From an uncultured Nitrososphaerota archaeon (GTDB lineage Archaea > Thermoproteota > Nitrososphaeria > Conexivisphaerales > DTJL01), in contig CAWJIE010000002.1 of NCBI GenBank assembly GCA_963842885.1, positions 32,001 through 96,000 of the forward strand: a stretch of DNA of 64,000 nt, given 5' to 3'. The notes beneath the pieces are model-generated. The model did not search any database, had not been told where the DNA came from, and was given only the letters and a program-made list of their open reading frames with translations. Numbering within the stretch: position 1 is the first letter of the stretch; each line of letters starts with the position of its first letter. A program made the position numbers and the translations under genes. Of this stretch, positions 41,201 through 50,420 are shown piece by piece.

Positions 41201-42451
41201 TGCGGTAGCGAAAAGCATTGCCAGGAATACTACCTGTCTCTTGCCTTGCGCCTTCCCCGAGACGACAAATGTCAAAATCATCAAGAAACACGCAATCCCG
41301 ATCGATTTGGCAAAAAGGAAAAGTGGAAAAGGCTGGGCACCCGACATTACATCGGCTGTCCCAGCCGACACGAATCCTATTGCCGAAGACCAGCTCTGTG
41401 TCCCTGAGCCTACCAGGTAGTCTACGTATAAGCCTCCGAAACCCGAAAAGAGGGAGAAGACCAGACTGGCCAGAGCCGCTATCCTTTTTCCAGCGAGACT
41501 GCGCACTAGGGAATAGAACGCTAAGGTTGGAAGGATCGCGATGACAGGAACAAGAAGAATATATCCATTAATCAGAGAATTGGCGACCAGACTTAAGTAT
41601 GTGCCTAGGAACATGGGTTCCCAGTAGAAGCCCGGAATGAAATCAAAGATTGTGCCATAAGCCACTTGTAAGGACTTCCCATATGTAACCCATTCATCGT
41701 AGTTGACAGGAATCTTGAAGGGATAACTCAAGTAGATCGTTACGAACGCAATCAGAACGCAGATTACAGCGACCGAGAGACTGGCAGAATCTAAGGAAAT
41801 GGTCAGCTCTGTTTGGCCACTCTTCAGACAGTAGAGCCCAGCAACAACTATGTTGATAACAACCAATAAGTATGGAGCGACGAGTATGGCTTGAATTCTA
41901 AGTATGCTCGGAAGGAAGGACGCCGTCGCGGATATGAAAATGCTTACCAGTATAGATCCTACGACACGCTCTGGCAAACTAGTTTTCCGCATGACGAACT
42001 TTGTCAGAAAGAAACCAGGGAAGAAGGCGCTCAATAGTATCGCGGAAGCAATCCTGGCCAAATTGACCCAAGAAAGGGCTTGCCAGTTCACGAATTGTGA
42101 GGACGCCTGCTGAATCGGTAAGAGCACCAAAATCAGACAAACAAGCCAAGGCAAGAGCAGCAGCCTAGAATCCACTGTTCTATTCCGGAATGTTAGGCGA
42201 GGAGGGCCTTCTATTCCTGCTCCAACCGTAGCGGTGAATACTGCGGTCGACACCAAAATGGAAAGGGGCAGAGAAATGTCTATGGACGAGGACCTGAGAT
42301 AAGTCGCTAATCCTGAGGCCAGAGAAAGAAGAAGGCAAGCTGCAATACTAAGGCTCTTCAAGTCTTTACTCGCCGTCGCGGTCCAGCCTGAGTTCCCGGA
42401 GAACAGATTCTGCCAAAGACTGAAACTCGGCCGAGGACCTATCAATGCCAT
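38231..42451 (-). CDS. Very large multi-TM protein with GT-C-like membrane region and long extracellular domain
   Basis: 1406 aa, about 20 hydrophobic segments, acidic loop motif NYDEW, C-terminal TM anchor; located inside the GT cluster. Confidence 0.7.
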   Translation of the reverse strand: MALIGPRPSFSLWQNLFSGNSGWTATASKDLKSLSIAACLLLSLASGLATYLRSSSIDISLPLSILVSTAVFTATVGAGIEGPPRLTFRNRTVDSRLLLLPWLVCLILVLLPIQQASSQFVNWQALSWVNLARIASAILLSAFFPGFFLTKFVMRKTSLPERVVGSILVSIFISATASFLPSILRIQAILVAPYLLVVINIVVAGLYCLKSGQTELTISLDSASLSVAVICVLIAFVTIYLSYPFKIPVNYDEWVTYGKSLQVAYGTIFDFIPGFYWEPMFLGTYLSLVANSLINGYILLVPVIAILPTLAFYSLVRSLAGKRIAALASLVFSLFSGFGGLYVDYLVGSGTQSWSSAIGFVSAGTADVMSGAQPFPLFLFAKSIGIACFLMILTFVVSGKAQGKRQVVFLAMLFATAFLTHEAEALVLVFLVVLLVFVYRDKVANVGLFVYSLILGLLFVLGVDLVAPQRVYILASPFSIEYLALYASMAYLLIEAQLGVHLDKMHRAVDRVAATVFRLRDWIVILLISCLALGLSLWWAVPREEYVAVLGLEFPWFLYPVTLGLPLFLFIISISFKDGKLGVAKSAFSISWAIVLLAFLVERVNTYLGATSLPFYPADRIPGEFMWVGISVMVGFLFAVVLEVLHSNFSGFVARGLAFTFIAVLLVVGMASKTYEIVGRSSPQSLLTAGQLDALDFLKNTGEPSSTVASTLASFPLIEDFTRLNPDYYYGDFLMQTSCMSCLASFLTYNSFVEYGDSPYRYVLLDGENSQYSSLPDWAASFSSVLYSSSSATILSVPHFAPPSDSAATSIVVSNEDTKLIQEVLGIVSTLGLDYTTESSNVLPSQRNVVLVGDINTDSAIENTIVQRLESSSQQVIVLETDLSGGLISNYLGIDSLPNVTLSNTLVLANKSVDTAGDIKVPIFEASNTTTRILGYSTESGAMGSPLVFAGELGNTSVTVLELAALLGGDLANSSLSLPSYAREYLSILFEGLPQTDSAQAHSGVILTEGDLTAVGNVSISASSMYIPGADPKASSTIIWDDTNLSSGWSFSTLNATFSTAVETPSNNGVTVVLNASASNVWQYVSLAVPNVSAKYLYIDESIQVGNYTFGFLRLTTDTGTYVLRGWTPETVNGHSEEQLVFDLTGFNFGVIKSIYWTGHSDAAGGSAVMRLNAIALVNDPAGAALLSNPLEITMDASSSDVRFLSGNETSSVGGLLEGRLLSYEVLGDVNVSLLGSSFSLEPPGIDEYVGVSFTNDTLLRLDLGGGSALLVEIDTSGGNEVSAVITNGTVSFKLSSLANQVYLKAPFVEARGSLVLNDSFLTWPYTIYSPWKTVTIEGNVSIRLLGADQTYVLSTDMKFSGRYQVAYNATPYNDYLVPWETALLNPLFLMAVMVVAYLVIARRKS

Positions 42452-43526
42452 ATCCTTCCAATACGGTTCTTCTGCTGTTTGTTCCGAGGGTCTTGGCCAA
42501 CGAAGGGTTATCTAGGACTTCAAGGATTCTATCAGCAAGCTGCCTGTAGTTGCCTGGTTCAATCAATATGCCGTTCTGATGATCATGCACCATTCTCGAT
42601 GTCTCGCCGCTATTGGTCGCAATCACAGGAATGCCGCAGGACATCGCTTCCAGAAGCACAAGGTCCGAGTAATTGTTGAATGGTGAGAGGCATGTCACGA
42701 TACTGCTCCTGTCGTACACAGGTCTAACATCCTCAATCACACCCAATAGATGGACACTCTCAGATATGCCCAAATGTGCAGCAAATAGAATAAGCTTCGC
42801 ATCCAAGGGCCCTCCACCCACGAAGACAAATTTGACATCATGTTTCCTCTTCAAGACCAATGGGGCCGCCATAAGCAACAATTCCGGTCCCTTGAATTCG
42901 CTGAGCCTACCGACGAACGTTACCTGCGGTGTGTAAGAGGAAGGATGCTCTGTGGGCAGGAATCGATTGACATCCACGCAGCCTTCATCAGAAAAATGAA
43001 TTCGATCGCGAGGAATACCCCATCTGACGAGCGTCTGTACGGCTGTCTCCTTCTGGACAACAATAGCTCTTGCCATTCCAACAAATCGAAGAACCAACGG
43101 TAGCCTTGTACTATCAGCATGATAGTCCACAGCGTAGCCATGAAGAACCGAGATAAGAGGCCTTCCTGTGAGAATAGCGACAAAGGCCGCCTGCCATCCC
43201 CCATAGTAGTCTCCGTCACCACGCACAAGGTCGATTCTGAACCGCCTTACAATAATCGTGCCTAAGACGACTGCCAGAATCGAATAGCGCAACAACGAAA
43301 AGATTTCCCTGAACATCGGGTGCAATCCAGACTTCAAAGGGGGTGAGCGATAGGTGACCATGTTGTGTTCTGTCCAGTCCACACCCTTACACTGATTGAC
43401 TCCACGAGAAAAGACAACCACAAATTGACCTGATGACGAGAGCCTTGACGCCAGCCTCTGGATGTGCCGCGCGATACCGTAAACGCTGGCAGGTGGGTAG
43501 TTATAGCTGAAGAAGGCAATTCGCAA
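42366..43526 (-). CDS. GT4 glycosyltransferase
   Basis: Motifs FVGRLSEFKG and LLEAMSCGIPVIA. Confidence 0.9.
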   Translation of the reverse strand: MRIAFFSYNYPPASVYGIARHIQRLASRLSSSGQFVVVFSRGVNQCKGVDWTEHNMVTYRSPPLKSGLHPMFREIFSLLRYSILAVVLGTIIVRRFRIDLVRGDGDYYGGWQAAFVAILTGRPLISVLHGYAVDYHADSTRLPLVLRFVGMARAIVVQKETAVQTLVRWGIPRDRIHFSDEGCVDVNRFLPTEHPSSYTPQVTFVGRLSEFKGPELLLMAAPLVLKRKHDVKFVFVGGGPLDAKLILFAAHLGISESVHLLGVIEDVRPVYDRSSIVTCLSPFNNYSDLVLLEAMSCGIPVIATNSGETSRMVHDHQNGILIEPGNYRQLADRILEVLDNPSLAKTLGTNSRRTVLEGYGIDRSSAEFQSLAESVLRELRLDRDGE

Positions 43527-43672
43527 AGTGAGAATCCACCATGGTTGGACTTCCGACGAAAGTAAGGCCGCGATGGAGATGACTAAAGTATGATTGGCAG
43601 ACCAGCGATAACCCGCTCATCAATCGTAATCCGACCAGAATTGCATCCGGCCGTATCGGGTTGAACCCGATA

Positions 43673-44779
43673 CTAACACATTTCCGAATCCGGCCGTTGC
43701 CGGCTCGTTAATGTGGCCGAGTCAAAGAGATCGGAATACGAAGACGCGATGTCAGACCAGGCCAAGCCCTTCACGCTTTCTCTTGCTCTTCTTCCCAATT
43801 CTTCCCTCAACTTGTCGTCCCCGAGCAGCCTTTCTAAGGCGGAAGCAGTAGACTGACAGTCATCTACTGGCACAAGGAGACCGTTGACGCCGTCTACGAT
43901 AAGATCCTTAATACCTCCAACGGCGCTAGCCACAACTGGTCTACCCGCGCCTAGCGCTTCAACCGACACTAATGGCAACCCTTCACGGAATGAGGAGAAA
44001 ACGACTATTGTTGCTTTAGACATCAGGTTGAGTACTCGCCTGTGCGGAACATTGCCTAAGAACGTCACTTGGTCCTTCAATCCTTGCTCATGACAGAACC
44101 TTTCAAGGGTCGGACGGAGTATGCCGTCTCCCACTACGACCAGGCTTACGGATGGAAATCGGCGAGTCACTGCGAGATACGCCCTGACAATGGACAGTGG
44201 ATTCTTTGGGTATGACAACCTACCCACAGTAAGGATGTAGTCAGCTTGATGCGAGACAGTCTGTACCTCATTCACGGCAAGCTCGCCTTCCGGGTATCCG
44301 TTGGGGATTAGTCTTATGTCTGCAGGCGGAATGCCATACTTCCTTGCCAGGACGGCCTTCAATTCGGTAGACACAGTGACTACGCAAGTTGCCTTCTTCA
44401 GAGCAACTCTCTGCAGAGGATAGTGGAAAGGGCCTCCCAGTTTCACATCTGACCCATGGCAAGTCACAACATAATTGCATCCAAGAAGCCTAGATGAGAT
44501 TGCAGCCACGATGAGTTCACTCGTGGCGCCTTCAGCGTATAGAACGCTACGATTTCCACATCCCCCACGGAGGATTTTCGACAAACCGCTGAGCACGAAC
44601 AACATTGTAGAGATGATGGATACGCGGCAACGCATCACTAGGTCAGAATCGGTAATTGTGACGACGTCATACCTGCATCTAAGCTCTCTTTCCAGATAGA
44701 AGGCATGCAGTTCCCTCCCGCCGACCGAGAACGGGTAGATTCGTCTTGCTATGAGATAGACTCTGAACGGAGAGGGCAA
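43673..44779 (-). CDS. GT4 glycosyltransferase
   Basis: VGRLSYPKN and EGLPLVSVE (EX7E). Confidence 0.9.
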   Translation of the reverse strand: MPSPFRVYLIARRIYPFSVGGRELHAFYLERELRCRYDVVTITDSDLVMRCRVSIISTMLFVLSGLSKILRGGCGNRSVLYAEGATSELIVAAISSRLLGCNYVVTCHGSDVKLGGPFHYPLQRVALKKATCVVTVSTELKAVLARKYGIPPADIRLIPNGYPEGELAVNEVQTVSHQADYILTVGRLSYPKNPLSIVRAYLAVTRRFPSVSLVVVGDGILRPTLERFCHEQGLKDQVTFLGNVPHRRVLNLMSKATIVVFSSFREGLPLVSVEALGAGRPVVASAVGGIKDLIVDGVNGLLVPVDDCQSTASALERLLGDDKLREELGRRARESVKGLAWSDIASSYSDLFDSATLTSRQRPDSEMC

Positions 44780-44786
44780 TTCCGGT

Positions 44787-45938
44787 TCACAGGAGGCTTT
44801 GGTATTGGAATGAAATCTTCTGGACCATTCCCGAAATCGAAAATTCTTTCTCGATTCTATGACGCCCCTCGATTCCCATGGACCTCGCCTTGCGCGGATC
44901 TTCGAGTAGCGCCAAAATGCAGTTGGCTGTCGTTTCTACGTCTCTGGGCCTTACAACATATCCGGACACGCCATCCTCAACAATCTCCTTTGAGTCACCC
45001 ACATCGGTCGCCACAACAGGCTTCCCAGCTGCACCCAGCTCAAGGAGGTTCTTAGGGAACTGCTCAAGCAGAGAGGTCGAAACTCCGATGTCGATTCTGG
45101 AGAGAAGCCAGGGGATAGCGTCGTAGTTCAACTTCCCAACAAAATGGACCTTTTCCGCGATTCCAAGGTTCTCCGAGTACTGCTTTAGACTGTCAATAGA
45201 CGGCCCGTCCCCAACAATCAAGAAGTGCGCGTCATGAACCTGCTCGACGACTAGCTTGGCTGCTCTCAGCAGGAAAGTATGTCCTTTAAGGGGAAGAAGG
45301 TAGCCCACTTGACAGATCTTAGGGCATCCTGAAAGGCCTTCTAATATTCTCTCGACCCCTGGGGAGGGCGCTCGATTTGCCATCTGGTCAAACCAATCCA
45401 AAGGTATCCCGTTTGTCACAACAGACACTTTGCTTTTTGGAAGTCCATATTGGTCTATCAGCGATTCTGCCAAGCAATTCGAGACGGTGATTATCTTGTC
45501 ACACGCGTGGTCAAGCAAGATGTGGTACGCCAAAACATTTCTGACCTTCTGACTGCTGCTACCAGCCAGCAATACGCTGTTGAGATTGACGATGGTCTTA
45601 GGTCTTGCTCCACCCGAGGTTAACCTAAGTGGCCAGAGTTTGAACCCTTTCTGCATGCCATACACATGGACGATGTCATAGTGACTCCGCATAATCATCT
45701 TATACAGTTCAGGGAGAAGCGGTCTCGACAAATCTGATAGCCCAGCAAATTTGTGCACAATGATGCCCTCTGCCTGCAACATATCAAACAATCCAGGTTC
45801 TTGTTCAGATTCATCGCTGACAACCTCAAGGGCTATACCCGCCTTGGAAAGGGCCACAGCTACCTTCGCTAGGTACGTAGTTAGCCCAATGACAGGAGAA
45901 CAACCTCCATAAAGCACGGAAACCCCGACCAAAGTCAC
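44787..45938 (-). CDS. GT4 glycosyltransferase
   Basis: EQFPKNLLE (EX7E) and PVVATDVG. Confidence 0.9.
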   Translation of the reverse strand: MTLVGVSVLYGGCSPVIGLTTYLAKVAVALSKAGIALEVVSDESEQEPGLFDMLQAEGIIVHKFAGLSDLSRPLLPELYKMIMRSHYDIVHVYGMQKGFKLWPLRLTSGGARPKTIVNLNSVLLAGSSSQKVRNVLAYHILLDHACDKIITVSNCLAESLIDQYGLPKSKVSVVTNGIPLDWFDQMANRAPSPGVERILEGLSGCPKICQVGYLLPLKGHTFLLRAAKLVVEQVHDAHFLIVGDGPSIDSLKQYSENLGIAEKVHFVGKLNYDAIPWLLSRIDIGVSTSLLEQFPKNLLELGAAGKPVVATDVGDSKEIVEDGVSGYVVRPRDVETTANCILALLEDPRKARSMGIEGRHRIEKEFSISGMVQKISFQYQSLL

Positions 45939-46354
45939 TTACGCCCAGAGCCCAAAGGACTTGAGGCTGAAACGGTTCTACCAATATGGTGTACTGTGGT
46001 AAAATTGGCCTTCGGCGACGCGATTCTAATAAAAGCAGGGTCGCTTGCTGCGCTAGCACGCGAAATGTCGAAGTGGCCCACCGGTTTGGCAAGTGGCCGA
46101 AATGCGCGCATTAACCCAAACCAGAAAGTAGGTGCCTCAAGTCCGGGAGACTTGGATGCAATCACTCCATAAACAAACATGTTCCTTCGTTCGGCGCCCA
46201 TTGCATCATGAGGATTAGATGCGATCAGTTTGTGGACCTTATGACCTATATCGGCTAGCTCCGTTGTTAGGTTGTGAGTGTAGATCCAGTCACCGTCCTT
46301 GATCAGCGGAAGGTGCTCGTAGGTCACGGAGCAGCCTCTCATGGTGTTTCCCAC
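45935..46354 (-). pseudogene. Truncated GT4-like N-terminal fragment
   Basis: YTHNLTTELADIGHKVH...TTVHH is present; the C-terminal domain is absent. Confidence 0.5.
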
Positions 46355-46384
46355 ATGATTGGCATAAGGACCGATAATGGCACG

Positions 46385-47551
46385 TTAAGATCGCGCGATA
46401 CGGTGGTACAGGTCCTCTAATTCCTCAACATTCTTAGACCAGTTCAACTCCCTCGTAACGAATGCGCGTCCCTGGCTTCCTAGTCGTGATCTAAGGTCCT
46501 CGTCATTCAAGAGCGCCTTGCATTTGGAAGCCAAGTCACCTATGTCGTCATAGTCGACGGAGAAACCGAAGTCTCCTCTATGGACTACCTCTGCGATGGC
46601 GTTTCCTTTAGACACGATTACGGGTGTAGAACAAGCGGCGGCCTCCAGGGGCACTAGGCCATAGACGTTCGTAGGCTCGACATTGACAACTACCTCGGCG
46701 TCAACGTAAGCTTCTTTCCTCTCCTGATCTGAGAGCAAGCCCGGGCATGTTACGCTGTCACGCAAACCCAACGCATCAGTCAAACGAATAACGTCCTTCA
46801 GATACCCATCGTCAGGTCCAGCTATTACTAACTTGACGTTCCTAGTACCGTCAGTGATCAGATGTGCAAAAGACTTCACGAGAAAACCAATGCCTTTGCC
46901 TGTATGTATCCTGCCCAGATACAACACTATCTTTTCGTCATCCCTTATGCCGAACTTCCTCTTGAAGGAGCCTTTAGGGGGCAGGCTTGCGTATTCTGAA
47001 AGGTCTATCCCGTTGCGTATGATGGCAATCTTCTCCCCGGGTACACCCATGCTTCTGTATTGCCACGCTTCAATCTCGCTGAGAGCAATGACTCTTGAAG
47101 CATCTCTAAGCGCTTCGTATCCAAACAGCAGGTCGTAGACAAGTTTCAGTCTCCTTTTCGGTGCTATGCGCGGAAGAGAGCCAAGTGCCTGCAGAACATA
47201 TGGCGTCCCTGACTTAACCGCATAGTGATGAACGGCGATATCCTGGAACTGCCTCCACGAATGCACATGAACGATATCAAAAGCTACCGGCATTTGCCTT
47301 AGCAGGCAGAGCATTGCCGGCGAGACATTCAGGCTTCCGAATATCGGCAGGCGAGGGTACCTGATTATGCGGTACCCATTGGAATCTTCAATGGAGGGTA
47401 CTCGGGAGAAATCGTGCATTCGATCTGCCGCGTTGGTCGTCACCACAGTGACATCGTGTCTGCGTGACAATTCTTTGGCCTCGGCTTCGACCACGGCCAC
47501 AGGCCCCCCGAAGGACCTTGTGAAGACAGGCACTGCGAGAAGTATTCTCAC
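46385..47551 (-). CDS. GT4 glycosyltransferase
   Basis: Motifs YLGRIHTGKG, IAGPDDG and YGLVPLEA. Confidence 0.9.
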   Translation of the reverse strand: MRILLAVPVFTRSFGGPVAVVEAEAKELSRRHDVTVVTTNAADRMHDFSRVPSIEDSNGYRIIRYPRLPIFGSLNVSPAMLCLLRQMPVAFDIVHVHSWRQFQDIAVHHYAVKSGTPYVLQALGSLPRIAPKRRLKLVYDLLFGYEALRDASRVIALSEIEAWQYRSMGVPGEKIAIIRNGIDLSEYASLPPKGSFKRKFGIRDDEKIVLYLGRIHTGKGIGFLVKSFAHLITDGTRNVKLVIAGPDDGYLKDVIRLTDALGLRDSVTCPGLLSDQERKEAYVDAEVVVNVEPTNVYGLVPLEAAACSTPVIVSKGNAIAEVVHRGDFGFSVDYDDIGDLASKCKALLNDEDLRSRLGSQGRAFVTRELNWSKNVEELEDLYHRIARS

Positions 47552-48072
47552 TGTTTCTTCTTGCCCTTCAAATGCAAGCTGTCCGGCAGGAAGGGTATTC
47601 CCTTGTACCCAAACACGATGCGACTGATGTCTTGTATTCCCAAGTCCTGAAGAAGCCTCTTCAAAAGACCATACGAGAAGCCGCTCTTGTGAAAGTTGAA
47701 CTCATCATCCTGCTCCCCGTAGATGTTGACTATGTCCTTCCATGTAGGGCGCAGCGCGAACAGCAACGCTCTTGCGCGCAGGTCTGGGCATCGGATTTCG
47801 AAGACTCCTCCCGGGCGTAGGACTCTCACCCATTCTTCTAGGACGCTCCTAACCTCTCGATGCCCAAAATGCTCTAAGCTGTGACTGCTAAAGACAAGAA
47901 CGAAGGAACTGTCTCTGAACGGCAGTCTAGAGGCATCGGCCAAGACCCTTGCCCCTCGCGTGGACCGAACGTCCAAGCCCAAGTGTCCCGCCCTTGGACT
48001 ATCTCCACACCCAATGTCGATAGACATTTCCGCGCTGTCGTAGAAGTCTTCAGACACAGCGTCAGAGCCCAA
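47548..48072 (-). CDS. Class I SAM-dependent methyltransferase
   Basis: Motifs IDIGCG, SHSLEH and RVLRPGG. Confidence 0.85.
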   Translation of the reverse strand: MGSDAVSEDFYDSAEMSIDIGCGDSPRAGHLGLDVRSTRGARVLADASRLPFRDSSFVLVFSSHSLEHFGHREVRSVLEEWVRVLRPGGVFEIRCPDLRARALLFALRPTWKDIVNIYGEQDDEFNFHKSGFSYGLLKRLLQDLGIQDISRIVFGYKGIPFLPDSLHLKGKKKQ

Positions 48073-49160
48073 CTAAGAAGTTCGTCGATGTGTTTGTCCC
48101 AGTTCACACCCGAATAGTTCTCCTTGAAGAGACGACGTGCCTGTTCCGACATGAAAGCGAGATGGTCCCGAACGTACCCCAACGCATAGATCCACGCTTC
48201 GGTAGGTGCATTCACAGATACCAAATAGCCTGTCTTCTTGTGTCGAACGAATTCTGGTAGGCCACCTGTGTCGCTCGATATGACAGGAGTGCCGTACATA
48301 TAGGAACCAAGGATCGCCGCACTCTGGGTCTCACGCAGGTACGGGGTGACTACAGCCAAGCTCTTTCGCATGAGCTCCCCAAAATACTCATCTGAAATGA
48401 CCTTGCCATCAACCAAGGTCAAGTTCTGGACCGTCCTAATGCTTTCGTCGGGTATCCTTAGTCTTGATATCACCAGAAATTGGAAGCCTAGGCGACGGTC
48501 ATTTGACAGCTCTGCCATGCCCATGAATGTGCTGAACCCCTTTGCCGGGACTATGGGGCCAACGAAGGTAACGTATTCCCTGGGAAGTTGCATAAGCTGG
48601 GCACCCAAGTCTTCGTACATCAAAGGAATGAGCAGTCTCTTTCCGGAATAATCAGGGAACCTCAGTTGCATCAGGCATGAAGCATACCCAGATGATACGA
48701 CTGCCTTGCCGGATTGATCAAGCATAAACGATTGTGCCCTGTCGAACAAGGTCAACCAGATTGCGGCCAGAATCCCATGTTTGGTCTTGCTCGCTACAAA
48801 CGGTTCATGTAGATGATACACAAACTGAGCTCCGTGCACCGCGGCAAGACGAGCGATGTAATGGTTGAGCGGGTGGTAGTTGAACATATAGACCATGGCA
48901 GGCGGCGATTCTCTGAATGCCCGCGATAGTTTCCCATAATTCCCCGCGTTGAGCATATCAAGCATCATGCTACCGATGCCCCTAGAACGCCCGACAAGCG
49001 TCGTCTTCTCCATCACATCCGCTGGAAGCAACGGGAGGTATTCTGCTCCAAACAGATACCTGACCCGGAACCCTCTCTTCTCAAGGGCATCCCCCAGGGC
49101 ACAGCAAAGTGACTTGTAGACGGGACTGAATTGGAGACTACCGATGTAGTAGGTCAGCAG
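47874..49160 (-). CDS. GT4-like glycosyltransferase (both ends uncertain)
   Basis: The frame is open upstream of the called TTG (YYIGSLQFSPVYKSLC) and contains PVISSDTGGLPE. The C-terminus overlaps the next gene by about 200 bp. Confidence 0.75.
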   Translation of the reverse strand: MLTYYIGSLQFSPVYKSLCCALGDALEKRGFRVRYLFGAEYLPLLPADVMEKTTLVGRSRGIGSMMLDMLNAGNYGKLSRAFRESPPAMVYMFNYHPLNHYIARLAAVHGAQFVYHLHEPFVASKTKHGILAAIWLTLFDRAQSFMLDQSGKAVVSSGYASCLMQLRFPDYSGKRLLIPLMYEDLGAQLMQLPREYVTFVGPIVPAKGFSTFMGMAELSNDRRLGFQFLVISRLRIPDESIRTVQNLTLVDGKVISDEYFGELMRKSLAVVTPYLRETQSAAILGSYMYGTPVISSDTGGLPEFVRHKKTGYLVSVNAPTEAWIYALGYVRDHLAFMSEQARRLFKENYSGVNWDKHIDELLSWALTLCLKTSTTARKCLSTLGVEIVQGRDTWAWTFGPREGQGSWPMPLDCRSETVPSFLSLAVTA

Positions 49161-49235
49161 TGCGACTCCCCCGGGTTAGCATGTCGACCCAGCTGTGCGC
49201 ACTCATTCTGTGGTCCACGCTACTTCCTAAGTAAT

Positions 49236-50420
49236 TCAGCAACTAGGCATCCCTGCTCCTTTGAGGTCAGCATTCTTCTCGACGTACCCTCTTCCGCTTT
49301 GACCATATCTGGCCGCGAGAGATGGGTCCTGCGCTATGGTCAGTATGGCACTGGCGAGGGCATCTGCATCGCCGGGGGCTACGACAAGACCCGATTGGGA
49401 TTGGCTGACAAACAAGCCAGGCATACCTCTGGAACAGACAACAATAGGCTTGCCGGCAGCCTGGTATTCGTACAACTTCGAAGAGATTCCCTTTTCCGTG
49501 TCTCCTAAGCCTGCAAGGGGTTGGATGAGGATGTCTGCATCGCACATCAGCCGAGCAGCTTGAGCCCTCGAAACTACTTCCCTGACCATTCTGACGTTAC
49601 TCAGTCTCCTCCCTGCGATTTCGCTATCAATCTGCTCGGCGCGTTCTCCGTCTCCCCTGAGCGTGAATGTGATATCTCTGTGGCCTCTGAGCAGTTCAGC
49701 AGCTCGAAGTACTTGTCCGAAATCGTAGGCCGAAGAAAAGGCACCGATATACAGGACGCTGACCGTTTCCTGACGATTCTTGGATGTTCTGCCTCCACGA
49801 AACAAAGCAAGGTCAACGCCTCCTGGAATGACGACCAACTTCGACGTGCTGACATCATACTTGTGGGAGATCACGTCGACGTAGGCTGGGCTAATGGGGG
49901 CCATATAATTCGAAAGACCGTAGGCTAACCTTGCCACAGACTCAGCTACTCTTTGAAGCAGACCAGAGTTCAGCATCCCCAAGTCGTAAAGCGACTCCGG
50001 CCAAAGGTCATCTACGTTCAGAATCATCCGGCACCTGAATCTTGTCCGGTAGACCAAAGCCGGAAAGGCCACGAGTACCTGAGGGTTTGAAGCGAACACG
50101 CCGTCCACCCCATCTAAGAATGCGATTGGGAACAGGGACGACAGCATAAAGCAGAAGAACAGGACGAAGCGCCTGACAAGGCCTTTGGATGCCAGAGGGG
50201 GGACATAGGTGCGTATGACATCGATGCGGTTCATCCGTTCGAACACCAAGGCTCTGTGCCTGTAGCTCTTCGGGACGTTCCCTGAAGGATAGTGAGGGAA
50301 ACCCGCAATCACCGTCACCTTGACACCGTTGGCGGCAAGGCCTTTGGCGACGTTGAACGCCCTGGTCGCGCCGCCACCAAGGTCTGGTGGATATATCTCC
50401 GAGAGTATCAGCACGTGCAT
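49236..50420 (-). CDS. GT4 glycosyltransferase, WbuB-like
   Basis: Motifs YPPDLGG, PHYPSG, DLWPES and SKLYEYQAAGKP. Confidence 0.9.
   Translation of the reverse strand: MHVLILSEIYPPDLGGGATRAFNVAKGLAANGVKVTVIAGFPHYPSGNVPKSYRHRALVFERMNRIDVIRTYVPPLASKGLVRRFVLFFCFMLSSLFPIAFLDGVDGVFASNPQVLVAFPALVYRTRFRCRMILNVDDLWPESLYDLGMLNSGLLQRVAESVARLAYGLSNYMAPISPAYVDVISHKYDVSTSKLVVIPGGVDLALFRGGRTSKNRQETVSVLYIGAFSSAYDFGQVLRAAELLRGHRDITFTLRGDGERAEQIDSEIAGRRLSNVRMVREVVSRAQAARLMCDADILIQPLAGLGDTEKGISSKLYEYQAAGKPIVVCSRGMPGLFVSQSQSGLVVAPGDADALASAILTIAQDPSLAARYGQSGRGYVEKNADLKGAGMPSC

Noticed and set aside
47969-47980. GTCCAAGCCC match to the junction core
   Set aside because: It is only a 10-mer, inside a methyltransferase CDS, without TTCGCAG; probably chance.
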